NCBI GenBank assembly: GCA_964372815.1
Contig: CAYJSG010000001.1
Location: 1 to 44,267, forward strand
Direction of reading: 5' to 3'
Origin: Candidatus Woesearchaeota archaeon
GTDB lineage: Archaea; Nanobdellota; Nanobdellia; Pacearchaeales; GW2011-AR1
Length of the DNA: 44,267 bases
Of this stretch, positions 17,025-26,867 are shown piece after piece (within the stretch, counting starts at the first letter, position 1; each line of letters opens with the position of its first letter). A program made the translations under genes and the position numbers. The notes beneath the pieces were generated by a model, which searched no databases, was not told the origin of the DNA, and worked only from the letters and a program-made list of their open reading frames with translations.

Positions 17025-18620
17025 ATGGATGGGCAAGAGGTTAAAGAGAGCGTTGAAGAAGAAGGGATCGAGGCAGATAAAATAGAAAAAAATATAGAAG
17101 ATAGGAAAGAGAAAATAAAGAAATGGCTAAAAGATAGATATAATCTGGCCTTTGTAGGAGTTATTATTTTCGCTTTTATTCTAAGATGGTATTATTTTGT
17201 TTTGACAAAAAATCAACCCTTGTGGTGGGATGAGGCGGCTTATGGAACTTTAGCTAAGAATTTTGTTTATCATTTATGGGATAAATCTGATATAGTTATT
17301 GGAGAGACTTTGATTAGGCCTCCGCTTTTTCCTTTAATTTGGAGCGTATTGATTAAAATAGGATTTAATGAAGTTGTAAATAGATTTTTATTAGAATTTC
17401 TTCCATCTGTTATTTCAGTAGCTTTTGTTTATTTTATCGGGAAAGAATTATATAATAAGAAAATTGGCTTAATTGCCAGTTTTATCTTTTCTTCTTTATG
17501 GATTCATTTATTTTATACGGGAAGATTACTAACACATTCTCTATCAATAGCTTTCTTATTTGACAGTATTTATTTTTTTATAAAAGAGAGTGAATATAAA
17601 ATAAATTATAAGTATTTTGCTATATCTATAATTTTGTCTGGTTTTGTTACGTAATTTAGATATACTGATGGTTTGGTTTATGTTAGTTATTTATTATTCT
17701 TAGTTTTGACGAAAAGAGCAGGATTGATAAAATTAATAAAGGAATGGAAGGCGTGGTTTAGTGTTATAATTGGCATCTCCCCGATATTAATCTTCTTTTT
17801 AATAAATTTAATTACTAAGGGCAATGTATTTCCAGCTTTATTAGGCGGCGGTTATGTTAAGGAAGTTAGCCAGGAATTTGCATTTGGTACTCTGAACTTT
17901 ATAAGATCTTATTTGAATCCTTTTTCTTTGCATCCTTCTGGCAATTTTTTTAACGATATATTATTTTTATTATTTATTTTAGGAATTGCAATTTGTGTAT
18001 TGGAAATATTTTTAGGATATGGGTTTATTTCTAAAAATAAGAAATTTAGGGGACATTTGTTAATGATTTTAATGTTTGTTGTATTCTATTCTTTCTTCAT
18101 ATTTTATATTAAAGGAGCTGAAGATAGATGGTTGTTTCCATTAAGCATAACTTTTGTCATGTTTTCTGCTTATGGTTTAGATTATGTTTATGAATTTATT
18201 AAAAAATATAATAAAAATTTTGCTTTAATCTTAGTTCTTGCTATATTGGCTTTTGGAGCTTATAATGAAATAAAATTTGCTGATTTATTAATTAATGAAA
18301 AAAAAGAAACTTATTTGCAGATGAAACAGGGATTTGAATGGTTAAGAGATAATTCTGATAAGAATAGTATTGTTATGGGAGGGGGAATAGAGCCATATAT
18401 AATTTATTATGCTGAAATGGCCTATGTTGGTTTTCCGACTAACGAATCTGATATTGAAGATATAAATGCGGAATATTCTGTTATCCATGCATTTAACAAG
18501 CATCCTGATTATGTTCAGAGTTATTTACAAAGTAATCAAGATAAATGGCAGCCTATTAATGCTTTTTTCTTTGATGAAGAAAAGAAACAGGCTGCTTTTG
18601 TGATTTATAAGAGAATTTGA
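17025..18620 (+). pseudogene. ArnT/PMT_2-like GT-C membrane glycosyltransferase interrupted by an in-frame TAA at 17652-17654
   Basis: Track ORFs 17025..17654 and 17673..18620 are in the same frame. Read-through gives ...ILSGFVT*FRYTDGLVYVSYLL..., which aligns with GLAVYTKVYPLLFI of the intact paralog at 24137. The N-terminus has the typical LRWYYF...PLWWDEAAYG. Confidence 0.6.
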
Positions 18621-18662
18621 GTATAGTAATATTTAAAAGATTGATATTGTTAAAAGTTTGGT

Positions 18663-19772
18663 ATGAAAAAAGTATTGGTGACAGGAGGCGCTGGATTTAT
18701 AGGAAGTCATTTAGTTGACTATTTAGTAGAAAAAGGATTTGATGTGACTGTACTTGATGATTTGTCTGGAGGATTAAAGAATAATGTAAATCTGAAAGTG
18801 AGGTTTGTTAAGGGAAGTATCACAGATAAAAAATTAATTGATGATATTATGAAAGGACAGGAAATAGTTTATCATCTGGCCGCTTATGCTGCTGAAGGGC
18901 TTTCACATTTTATAAGGAATTTTAATTATAATAATAATTTAATTGGCTCTCTGAACTTAATTAATGCTGCAATAAAAAATAATGTTAATTGTTTTTTATT
19001 TACTTCTTCCATGGCTGTTTACGGGAAAGGAAAACTGCCTTTTGATGAAGAGGATGTACCAAAACCAGAAGATCCTTATGGTATCTCAAAATATGCTGTT
19101 GAATTGGATTTGAAATGCGCTCATGAGTTATTCGGAATGGATTTTATCATTATAAGGCCTCATAATATATACGGAGAAAGGCAGTTTCTGGGAGATCCTT
19201 ACAGAAACGTTATAGGAATTTTTATGAATAGAATTATGCAGGGAAAGTCTCCTTTGATATATGGCGATGGGGAACAGACAAGAGCTTTTTCTTATATAAG
19301 AGATATTATCCCATGTATTGCAGAAGCTCCTTTTATTGAAAAAGCGAGAAACGAGATTGTTAATTTAGGATCTGGAAAAGTTTACAGTTTAAACCAGCTT
19401 TCAGAAGAAGTATTAAAAGTTATGGATCTTGATATAAAACCTGAATATGTTGCGCCGAGACATGAGGTAAAACATGCTCATTCTACAACTAAGAAATCTG
19501 AAGAGATTCTTGGTTATAAAGACAAGACCTCTTTGCAAGAAGGTTTAGCCAGAATGGCAAAATGGGCTAGAGAGATTGGATCTATGGAACCTATTGTTTG
19601 GGAAGGATATGAACTGACTCAAAAATTGCCTGAATTCTGGAAGAATTTGAAAGAGGAATTTCCAACTGCTGGATTAAGAATCAATGCTGGGTTTGTTCCT
19701 TCCAATATGTCAGAAGAGGATTTTATTACGCCTAAAATTTCTTTAAAAGATTTGAAAGATGTGTTTGATTAA
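18663..19772 (+). CDS. NAD-dependent NDP-sugar epimerase/dehydratase (UDP-glucose 4-epimerase-like)
   Basis: VLVTGGAGFIGSHLVDYL, SSMAVYG and YGISKYA motifs. Confidence 0.85.
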   Translation: MKKVLVTGGAGFIGSHLVDYLVEKGFDVTVLDDLSGGLKNNVNLKVRFVKGSITDKKLIDDIMKGQEIVYHLAAYAAEGLSHFIRNFNYNNNLIGSLNLINAAIKNNVNCFLFTSSMAVYGKGKLPFDEEDVPKPEDPYGISKYAVELDLKCAHELFGMDFIIIRPHNIYGERQFLGDPYRNVIGIFMNRIMQGKSPLIYGDGEQTRAFSYIRDIIPCIAEAPFIEKARNEIVNLGSGKVYSLNQLSEEVLKVMDLDIKPEYVAPRHEVKHAHSTTKKSEEILGYKDKTSLQEGLARMAKWAREIGSMEPIVWEGYELTQKLPEFWKNLKEEFPTAGLRINAGFVPSNMSEEDFITPKISLKDLKDVFD

Positions 19773-19822
19773 TATATTCTGGATGATAAAAATGATTAAA
19801 TAGTCTATTTTTATGAATCTTT

Positions 19823-20917
19823 TTGATTTCCGAATTAGAAAAAAAGCTAAGTGAGATTGGTCTGAATATGGGTTTTGAAGTAAGAAGTTTTATCAATAAT
19901 CTACTTTATCATGAAGGCGCAGATGTAAGAAAGTCTATCTTGAAGGGAGAAAATACAAAAAATGTTGATGCCCTTGGTGAGGATATTTCTATTAAATATC
20001 TGAAAAAAATAGCTAAAGAACGAAATGTAGGAGTTAGATTAATAGTAGAAGTAGAACCTACTAAAAACAGTTTTTATGATATTGGACAAGGAAATATGAG
20101 ATTAATAGTAGAAGTAGAACCTACTAAAAACAGTTTTTATGATATTGGACAAGGAAATATGAGATTAAATGTTTATCTTGATCCTGTTGATGGGACAATA
20201 AAATTAGCTGGATTAGGCAATGAAGCTAATGTTTTAAGAATGATTAATGATGGTGTTTGGGGTTTTGGAGTTTCATTTACACTACCCACAGATAAAGAGA
20301 TTAAAGATTTACAAATAAAAGATTTTGTTTATTCAACTTTAGTTGATGGAAATCCTTCGCAGCATCCACATTTTCCTACAAATGCTTTTAGTATTTTAGA
20401 GGATGGTGTCATGAAGACTTTTGAAGAAATTGAAGATAGATACGCTGGAAAGCCAGATCATCCTAAATATGCTGGAGGAACTATTAAATTAATTACTTCT
20501 AGTCAGACAAACTTGGGCCAGGGTATAATTGGCTGGGATGCATTTCAGGGTTTTGACAGAAATAGTGCCGCGACCGGGACAGAAGATTTAATTTCAAGAG
20601 TTTACGAGAAAGTTGCTAATAGAAATAAAGGTGGGGCTTTTGATTTGTGGAGGATTTATGGAGATTTTGGAGATATTTTAAGAGGGCATTTAGGTTATAG
20701 TGGTCTAGAACCTCAAGGATGTGCTAGAATTAGCTTTAATAACCATCTAGGAAATGCTGTTCCTGTTTATTCTGTGTATAAAGGAGCTGGAGGAAGCGTT
20801 GTTGATTTTTCTGGATATGACATTGGCGAAAGAAAAATAAGTGAAGGAAGAACAAATATGGTTTTTTCTGCTAATAAGACTGTTGAGGAAAAACTTTTGA
20901 AACTTATTAGTTCTTAG
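19823..20917 (+). CDS. Inositol-monophosphatase/FBPase-superfamily-like protein (distant), containing a perfect 21-aa tandem duplication
   Basis: VYLDPVDGT matches the IMPase DPxDGT metal-binding motif. The start is uncertain: TTG at 19823, with an out-of-frame ATG at 19813. Confidence 0.45.
   Translation: MISELEKKLSEIGLNMGFEVRSFINNLLYHEGADVRKSILKGENTKNVDALGEDISIKYLKKIAKERNVGVRLIVEVEPTKNSFYDIGQGNMRLIVEVEPTKNSFYDIGQGNMRLNVYLDPVDGTIKLAGLGNEANVLRMINDGVWGFGVSFTLPTDKEIKDLQIKDFVYSTLVDGNPSQHPHFPTNAFSILEDGVMKTFEEIEDRYAGKPDHPKYAGGTIKLITSSQTNLGQGIIGWDAFQGFDRNSAATGTEDLISRVYEKVANRNKGGAFDLWRIYGDFGDILRGHLGYSGLEPQGCARISFNNHLGNAVPVYSVYKGAGGSVVDFSGYDIGERKISEGRTNMVFSANKTVEEKLLKLISS
20036..20161 (+). repeat. 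Perfect 2 x 63-nt tandem direct repeat (plus 7 nt of a third unit)
   Basis: agattaatagtagaagtagaacctactaaaaacagtttttatgatattggacaaggaaatatg occurs at 20036-20098 and again at 20099-20161. It is in frame and encodes RLIVEVEPTKNSFYDIGQGNM twice. Confidence 0.95.
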
Positions 20918-21894
20918 CTTTGGAGAACCTGATTTCTCATTTCTCTTGATTGTAGAGAAAAATAGACATTTAGAGAAGTAGAGAAAAACATTAAAATTGG
21001 ATGGAGAAGCCATGCTAAATCATTATACTGTAGAGACTTTTTTATTGATATTGGTATGTTGGGCAGAATTGAGAGGTTTTTCACTATATGAATGAAAAAC
21101 TCTTTTTTGCTTGTAATCCAGTTAAATTCTTTTTTTTCTTTTATATAAACTTTCGTGTAATTTCTTGTCCATTTTATTCTTTTTCTTATAAAATCTTTTA
21201 AACCTTTAACGTTTTTATGCCAAACTCGCGCATTATTTACAACTGCGAATTTTAGAAAATTATCTCTAGCTAATCTAGCTATAAATTCTACATCTTGGGC
21301 GTAATCGCCTACTTTTTTTATTAGGGATTTTTTAAACATGAATCCATTACTTCCCATGCAATAAGGTTTATTTTTATTTAAGGTTTCTATAAAATATTTT
21401 TCCTTTCTTTTTTCTAATCGAGGATTTAATTCTAATTGGCCTTCTATTGAGCGATAGACTGCAAAAGGATCTACACCTATAAAGCTTAAATATCTGTTAG
21501 TTGGGCTGTCTTTAGGATGAATAAAAAGCCTTGGAACAGAAGCGAATATATATTTATTTTTTTTAAAGGGCAGCAGCATATTATTTATCCAATCTTTTCC
21601 CATTAATTCAATGTCTGATTCTGCTATAACTATCAACTCTCCTGTTGACTTCCAGATCCCCTGGTCTTTTCCCATTCCAGCTCCTTCTGCAAGTTTTTTT
21701 GAATTAGAAAATATTTTAACAAACCCATATTCCTTGCATTTTTTTAAAACTTCTGGATTACTGCCTCCGTCAGTAATGATAACTTCTATTTTGTTTTTAG
21801 GATAATTCTGTGAGCTAATTGACTCTAGAAGCCTAATTACTCTAAAATCCTGTTCTTTCATTGGCGTTATAAAGCTAATCTTTGGATATTTCAT
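20914..21894 (-). CDS. GT2-family glycosyltransferase
   Basis: ISFITPMKEQ...SQNYPKNKIEVIITDGGS and AESDIE (DxD-like) motifs. Confidence 0.75.
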   Translation of the reverse strand: MKYPKISFITPMKEQDFRVIRLLESISSQNYPKNKIEVIITDGGSNPEVLKKCKEYGFVKIFSNSKKLAEGAGMGKDQGIWKSTGELIVIAESDIELMGKDWINNMLLPFKKNKYIFASVPRLFIHPKDSPTNRYLSFIGVDPFAVYRSIEGQLELNPRLEKRKEKYFIETLNKNKPYCMGSNGFMFKKSLIKKVGDYAQDVEFIARLARDNFLKFAVVNNARVWHKNVKGLKDFIRKRIKWTRNYTKVYIKEKKEFNWITSKKEFFIHIVKNLSILPNIPISIKKSLQYNDLAWLLHPILMFFSTSLNVYFSLQSREMRNQVLQS

Positions 21895-22780
21895 TTTTAT
21901 TCTTTATTAAACCTAAGATAAATCCTGCTCCGTAGCTTAAATGGATGGCAAGATAGATGAAAGGAATTAGAGGAAGAGCTTTAAAATCGTTATTGGAGAG
22001 TGATTGATATATGCTAAAATATATATTTAGAATTAAATAAAGGATGAAAGGGACTAAAGTTAGATAATGAATAGCGAGTAAGGTAGGGAGAAAGGAGAGA
22101 TATATTAGAAATAAACCAGGAATGAGGAAAAAAGGATTTTTTAGAGTTTCTGAAATTGGCTCTTTTCTTGGCCTTGTTAGCCCGTATTTGAATATTTGTT
22201 CCATTAAAGAGCTAAAATTGGATCTTCTTTTATGGTAGACATAAATATCGGGAGAATATGCTACCCTGAAGCCTGATTTTATAGCATCTGAAATAAATTT
22301 TGGGTCTTCTCCGGGGTAGATTGATTCGTCAAATTTTAGTTTCCTGAAAACATGTTTTTTACAAATTAGATTTGCTGAGGTTATATGTTTCTCATCTGCG
22401 TTCAAATTAACTTTTTTTGGTTTGTATCTTGATTGTAAATTTGCAGAGCCAAAAATTGAACTTAGAGCATGGCCGCTTGCTCTAACAAATAATGATTCGT
22501 TTCTGCTTGTTAATTGAGGACCTCCTACAATGTCAATTTCAGGATAATTTAGAAAAAATCTTTTAACTTCTTCTGACCAATTTTCAGGAAGAATTGTGTG
22601 CGCGTTTAAAAAGGCAATTAAATCTGTTTTTGCTTTTTTAATTCCTATATTTCTATTTTTAGATGGATTTCTGCCTTCTTCAACTATTAGGTTGATTTTA
22701 TTTTTTAGCTTTTTAAAACTATCTAAAATTTCTAATTTTCTATCTGGAGCTAATGGAATTATGGCAGTTATTTTGCTCAC
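21875..22780 (-). CDS. GT2-family glycosyltransferase with C-terminal transmembrane segments
   Basis: ITAIIPLAPDR...NPSKNRNIGIKKA at the N-terminus and a hydrophobic C-terminal third. Confidence 0.65.
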   Translation of the reverse strand: MSKITAIIPLAPDRKLEILDSFKKLKNKINLIVEEGRNPSKNRNIGIKKAKTDLIAFLNAHTILPENWSEEVKRFFLNYPEIDIVGGPQLTSRNESLFVRASGHALSSIFGSANLQSRYKPKKVNLNADEKHITSANLICKKHVFRKLKFDESIYPGEDPKFISDAIKSGFRVAYSPDIYVYHKRRSNFSSLMEQIFKYGLTRPRKEPISETLKNPFFLIPGLFLIYLSFLPTLLAIHYLTLVPFILYLILNIYFSIYQSLSNNDFKALPLIPFIYLAIHLSYGAGFILGLIKNKNEISKD

Positions 22781-23292
22781 TTCATCACCTCCAGTTTAAA
22801 TAAAACTTCTGAACAGGGTAGAATCCAACAGAAGAATCTTTCATAAATCTCTGGATTGATATTTATAATTGGATTGAAAACTTTATTAAGAAATGGAAAC
22901 GTCCAGCGAGTAAAATTAAGTTTTCTGTTTATTATTTTAAACTTGGGGAGATTATAAAAGCATTTGTCTGTAAAATAGTTAAAAGTAAAATAACTAAATA
23001 ACCTTTTATGTGTTGGGTCTCGGTAACTTACACCACAAGAAAAATGAGGCACTCTTATTATTATTTTTGCTCCTTTTTTACAGATTCTTTTTAATTCTTT
23101 CATTACTTTTGTTAAATCTTCTAGATGCTCTAAAACATGGCTTGTGTAGACCTCATCAAATTCATTATCTTTAAAAGGATATGAAAATTTATTAAGATCG
23201 TGCACAATATCTACACCTTTAAGCCCTATAGAATCTAAATTAATATAGTCTTTTTTTATGTCTAAACCGCAACCCATATTAAGTTTTTTCAT
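22777..23292 (-). CDS. Class I SAM-dependent methyltransferase
   Basis: LNMGCG (motif I) and DEVYTSHVLEHLEDL typical of Methyltransf_11. 4-nt overlaps with both neighbours. Confidence 0.8.
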   Translation of the reverse strand: MKKLNMGCGLDIKKDYINLDSIGLKGVDIVHDLNKFSYPFKDNEFDEVYTSHVLEHLEDLTKVMKELKRICKKGAKIIIRVPHFSCGVSYRDPTHKRLFSYFTFNYFTDKCFYNLPKFKIINRKLNFTRWTFPFLNKVFNPIININPEIYERFFCWILPCSEVLFKLEVMK

Positions 23293-24062
23293 TTTATAAA
23301 CCCTATAAATTTATCATATATTCTTATGAATTTTCTAAAAGGAGAGTTAATTATCCTTAGCCTTACTATTGCCAGAGCCATCCAAGGGGAAGCTTTTAAA
23401 AAATTTATTTTTGAATATTCTCGGTCATACCATTTTGTAGGAAATGAGATTATAATAAATCCAAGCATTTTCATATTAAAAAGAAGTTCTACATCAAACG
23501 CCCATTTTGACATTGTTAATCTTGGCAGGGTTTTTTCAATTGTCTTTCTTTTAAACACCTTTGCTCCACATTGGGTGTCTCTGTAAGGAAGGAAAAGAAT
23601 GGATCTTATTAGGAAATTGAACATTCTACCTACTATTAATCTTCTAAATGTTATTGTGGGAAAAACTTGAGAGCCTTTAAGGTATCTATCTGCTATTGTC
23701 CCATCAAAATTTTTAACAGAAAAAACTAATTTTGCATATTCTTCAGGGGGGGTCGCCATATCTGCATCAACAAATCCGATTAAATCATTCTTTCTTTTTA
23801 ATGCATCTCTAAAACCTTCCATTACTGCGAATCCTTTTCCGCCTCTTCTGAAATTTAAATATTTTATTTCCTTATATTTTTTAATATATTTCTTAACAAT
23901 ATTTTCTGTATTGTCTGTTGTATTATTTATCACTACAATAATTTCATAGTCTAATTTTTTATTTTTTTTAAGTGTGAAAAAATAATTCCCATAGAATTCT
24001 AGGGTTTTAGAAATTCTCTTTTCTTCATTATATGCTGGAATGATTATTGATACCCTGTTCAT
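23289..24062 (-). CDS. GT2 glycosyltransferase, dolichyl-phosphate hexose synthase-like (Dpm1/AglD-type)
   Basis: VSIIIPAYNEEKRI, GKGFAV, FVDADM and RDTQCGAKVF motifs. Confidence 0.8.
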   Translation of the reverse strand: MNRVSIIIPAYNEEKRISKTLEFYGNYFFTLKKNKKLDYEIIVVINNTTDNTENIVKKYIKKYKEIKYLNFRRGGKGFAVMEGFRDALKRKNDLIGFVDADMATPPEEYAKLVFSVKNFDGTIADRYLKGSQVFPTITFRRLIVGRMFNFLIRSILFLPYRDTQCGAKVFKRKTIEKTLPRLTMSKWAFDVELLFNMKMLGFIIISFPTKWYDREYSKINFLKASPWMALAIVRLRIINSPFRKFIRIYDKFIGFIK

Positions 24063-24136
24063 AACAATTTAGAAAGAGATATTCTTTTAAAGATATATGG
24101 AGTAGGGTTTATATATTGTAGATGTAAATTAAATTG

Positions 24137-26002
24137 ATGGGAGAAATAGCAAAAGAGAACTTTATAGATAAATTAATAGATAGAATATTCTCAATAAGAA
24201 AAGTTTATTTATATTTAATAGGAATATTTATTTTAGGTTTTGTTTTAAGGTTAATTGCTGCGATTAATTTATCTGTTTCTGCAGATGGGATGCATTTTGT
24301 TTTACATGCTATTGATTTTTATCAATCTAATAGGTTGATAACATATGACCAATCATCAGGTCTATGGTTTGCTTTTACAAGTATAATTTACGATATATTT
24401 GGAATTAATCAATTAACTTCAAGAATGGCTGCTTTGATATTTGGAAGTTTTAGCGTTTTAATTATTTATTTATTAGCTAAAGAATTTTTTGATGAAAAAA
24501 TTGGATTGATCTCTGCTTTTTTATTAGCAATAGCTCCATTTCATATAAAAAATACTGTTGAAGAGATGGATGTTATGACAATGTTTTTTGTTTTAACAAG
24601 TATGTTGATTTTTATTAGAGCTTTAAAGAGTGAAAAAAAAGCTGGATATCTAGTCAGTGGAATATTTATGGGGCTGGCTGTCTATACTAAAGTTTATCCT
24701 TTATTGTTTATTCCTTCTCTTTTGCTGTATTCTGTTTATTTGAATAAAAAGGAGAAAAAGAAAATTTTAAGTGGGGAAAATGTTAAAAGAATAGCTATTT
24801 TTCTATTTGCAATATTTATATTTACAATTCCTGCCTTAACACATAATTATTTGCTGTATAAAGAAAAGGGGTTTATGGATTTACAATTTACCAGAACTTT
24901 CGGTTTGGGGAGAAATATATCGGAAAAATATTATGGCTGGGATTATCAATTCAATGCTAAAAATGACTGGAAAGGTTTAATATTTGGAAATTCTCAACAT
25001 TCCTCTACTAAAAAGCCAACAATAATTTCTGCATTTGAATTTATTATGAGAGGAAATCCTATTGCTTTCTTTTTAGGCTTATTTGGAATGTTTATTATCT
25101 TTTTTTCTAGAAAAGAATATAAAAACTATATTGTATTTTTTGTTTTAAGTATTTTGCTTGTTCTGCCATTTTTAGCTTCAATAATTCTGCTTCCAAAACA
25201 TTATATATTTCTGGAAGTCTTATTCATTCCTGCTGGAGGTTTAGCTATTGACGTTTTTTCAAGAAAATTTGAGAAATTGAAAAGTAGTTCTGGAAAATAC
25301 ATATATTTTATTATCATTATTTTTGCATTCTACTATCTTGGTTTAACTTCTCAGACAACTTTGGGAGCAACTCATTTTTATGGAAAAAATCATTTAACAC
25401 AAATGATAGAGCTGAAAGAAAAAATTCCAGATAATGCTCTTATTGTTGCAGATAGTAGAATATATCGCGGAAGAATTCACTGGGCATTTTATGGAAAACC
25501 CTATTTAGAAGCAAATGAGCTAGTGAATTTATTCGCGAAAAAGGATGAAATCCCGGGTAATGAAGTTCCTGTAGAGATTTATTTTTTTGAATGTATTCTA
25601 GATGATTGTGGCTGGGGCACTGTAAAAGACAATCAGGAATTGAATACAAGTATGGAGTCTATAACTAGTTTTTTCCAATCTGGAGGAAAATTGATAGGGA
25701 AAATTTCAGAGCCTTATGAAGATGAGCCTTACTATCCAGGTTTAGGAAAAAAAATAGATATAATTAATGTTTATAAAACAAAAATTCCCTTGAAAGAAGC
25801 TATATTGCAATATGCTAAACAGCCAAAGGAGTGGTTCTTGTATCCCATAGGATATAAACCAAAAGATAAATTATTTGACAATTATAATGCTGTTGGTCTA
25901 GGAGCTCTACTAGATAAGATTGCTCACTTCATTGTTTTATCTTCCTTAATTTTGACATTTTTAAGTCCTATATATGTTGTTTATTTAATTAGAAAAAAAT
26001 GA
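24137..26002 (+). CDS. ArnT/PMT_2-like GT-C membrane glycosyltransferase (intact paralog)
   Basis: Multi-TM N-terminal half with typical LRLIAAINLS...DGMHF, KEFFDEKIGL and AVYTKVYPLLFIP. Soluble C-terminal domain. Confidence 0.75.
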   Translation: MGEIAKENFIDKLIDRIFSIRKVYLYLIGIFILGFVLRLIAAINLSVSADGMHFVLHAIDFYQSNRLITYDQSSGLWFAFTSIIYDIFGINQLTSRMAALIFGSFSVLIIYLLAKEFFDEKIGLISAFLLAIAPFHIKNTVEEMDVMTMFFVLTSMLIFIRALKSEKKAGYLVSGIFMGLAVYTKVYPLLFIPSLLLYSVYLNKKEKKKILSGENVKRIAIFLFAIFIFTIPALTHNYLLYKEKGFMDLQFTRTFGLGRNISEKYYGWDYQFNAKNDWKGLIFGNSQHSSTKKPTIISAFEFIMRGNPIAFFLGLFGMFIIFFSRKEYKNYIVFFVLSILLVLPFLASIILLPKHYIFLEVLFIPAGGLAIDVFSRKFEKLKSSSGKYIYFIIIIFAFYYLGLTSQTTLGATHFYGKNHLTQMIELKEKIPDNALIVADSRIYRGRIHWAFYGKPYLEANELVNLFAKKDEIPGNEVPVEIYFFECILDDCGWGTVKDNQELNTSMESITSFFQSGGKLIGKISEPYEDEPYYPGLGKKIDIINVYKTKIPLKEAILQYAKQPKEWFLYPIGYKPKDKLFDNYNAVGLGALLDKIAHFIVLSSLILTFLSPIYVVYLIRKK

Positions 26003-26718
26003 AATTGACAATAATTGTTCCAGTCTATAATGAAGAGAAAACTGTAATTAAGATATTAGATAAACTTTCTAATGTAAATTTAGGGATAAAAAAGGAGATT
26101 GTTATTATTAATGATGGGAGCAAGGATAATTCAAAAAAGGAGATTTTAAAATATTTGAAAATGAAGAAAAAAAGAAGAGTAATAGAATATAAATTCTTAA
26201 GCAAAGAGAATGGTGGAAAAGGATCTGCTATTAAGCTAGGGATAAAATCTGCAACTGGAGATATAATAACTATTCAGGATGCTGATTTGGAATATAATCC
26301 TATAGATTTTAAAAAATTGATTAGGCCAATTATTAGGGAAAGATATAAAGTTGTTTATGGTTCCAGGTTTTTAAAAAAACATAAGCCAAGATATAAGATT
26401 TATTTTCTAGGGAATAAATTTCTTAGTTTTTTAACCAAAATTATTTATGGAACTAAGATAACTGATATGGAAACTTGTTATAAGGTTTTTAAGAGTGATG
26501 TTATTAAAAATATTGAAATAAAAGCTGATAAATTTGATATTGAACCTGAAGTTACTGCGAAAGTTTTGAAAGAGGGAATAAAAATCTTGGAATTACCTAT
26601 TTCTTATTCTCCAAGAAGTATAAAAGATGGAAAGAAAATAAACTGGAAAGATGGTTTACATGCTATTTGGACATTGATTTATTGGAGGTTTAAGAATTCT
26701 CATATCATCAACTGCTAA
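25999..26718 (+). CDS. GT2 glycosyltransferase (dolichyl-phosphate mannose/glucose synthase-like)
   Basis: LTIIVPVYNEEKTV, GGKGSAIK, IQDADLEY and DMETCYKVF motifs. Confidence 0.85.
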   Translation: MKLTIIVPVYNEEKTVIKILDKLSNVNLGIKKEIVIINDGSKDNSKKEILKYLKMKKKRRVIEYKFLSKENGGKGSAIKLGIKSATGDIITIQDADLEYNPIDFKKLIRPIIRERYKVVYGSRFLKKHKPRYKIYFLGNKFLSFLTKIIYGTKITDMETCYKVFKSDVIKNIEIKADKFDIEPEVTAKVLKEGIKILELPISYSPRSIKDGKKINWKDGLHAIWTLIYWRFKNSHIINC

Positions 26719-26867
26719 AACATTGTGTTCTAAACAACGCAGTTATTCATATATCAACAGGCTGTAATAAAACTCGGTTAATACTAAAAAATTTGTTCAG
26801 CAAGAAGTATCTATGAAGTCAGAAGCCATGACCTCAACATGAAAATGTTAGGTTATGGTAGTTCACA

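Noticed and set aside
19813-19854. ATG at 19813 plus an A7 run as a frameshifted true start of the IMPase-like gene
   Set aside because: The 13-codon peptide (MNLFDFRIRKKAK) shows no relation to the family N-terminus, whereas the TTG-frame sequence (ISELEKKLSEIG...) looks like a normal first helix. The start simply remains uncertain.
26719-26867. Slightly GC-richer 149-nt convergent spacer between the GT2 gene and the flippase as a possible ncRNA
   Set aside because: Only short stems of 4-5 bp are present (for example AACAT-gaaa-ATGTT). There are no tRNA-like or other recognisable RNA features. It is most likely just terminator or spacer sequence.
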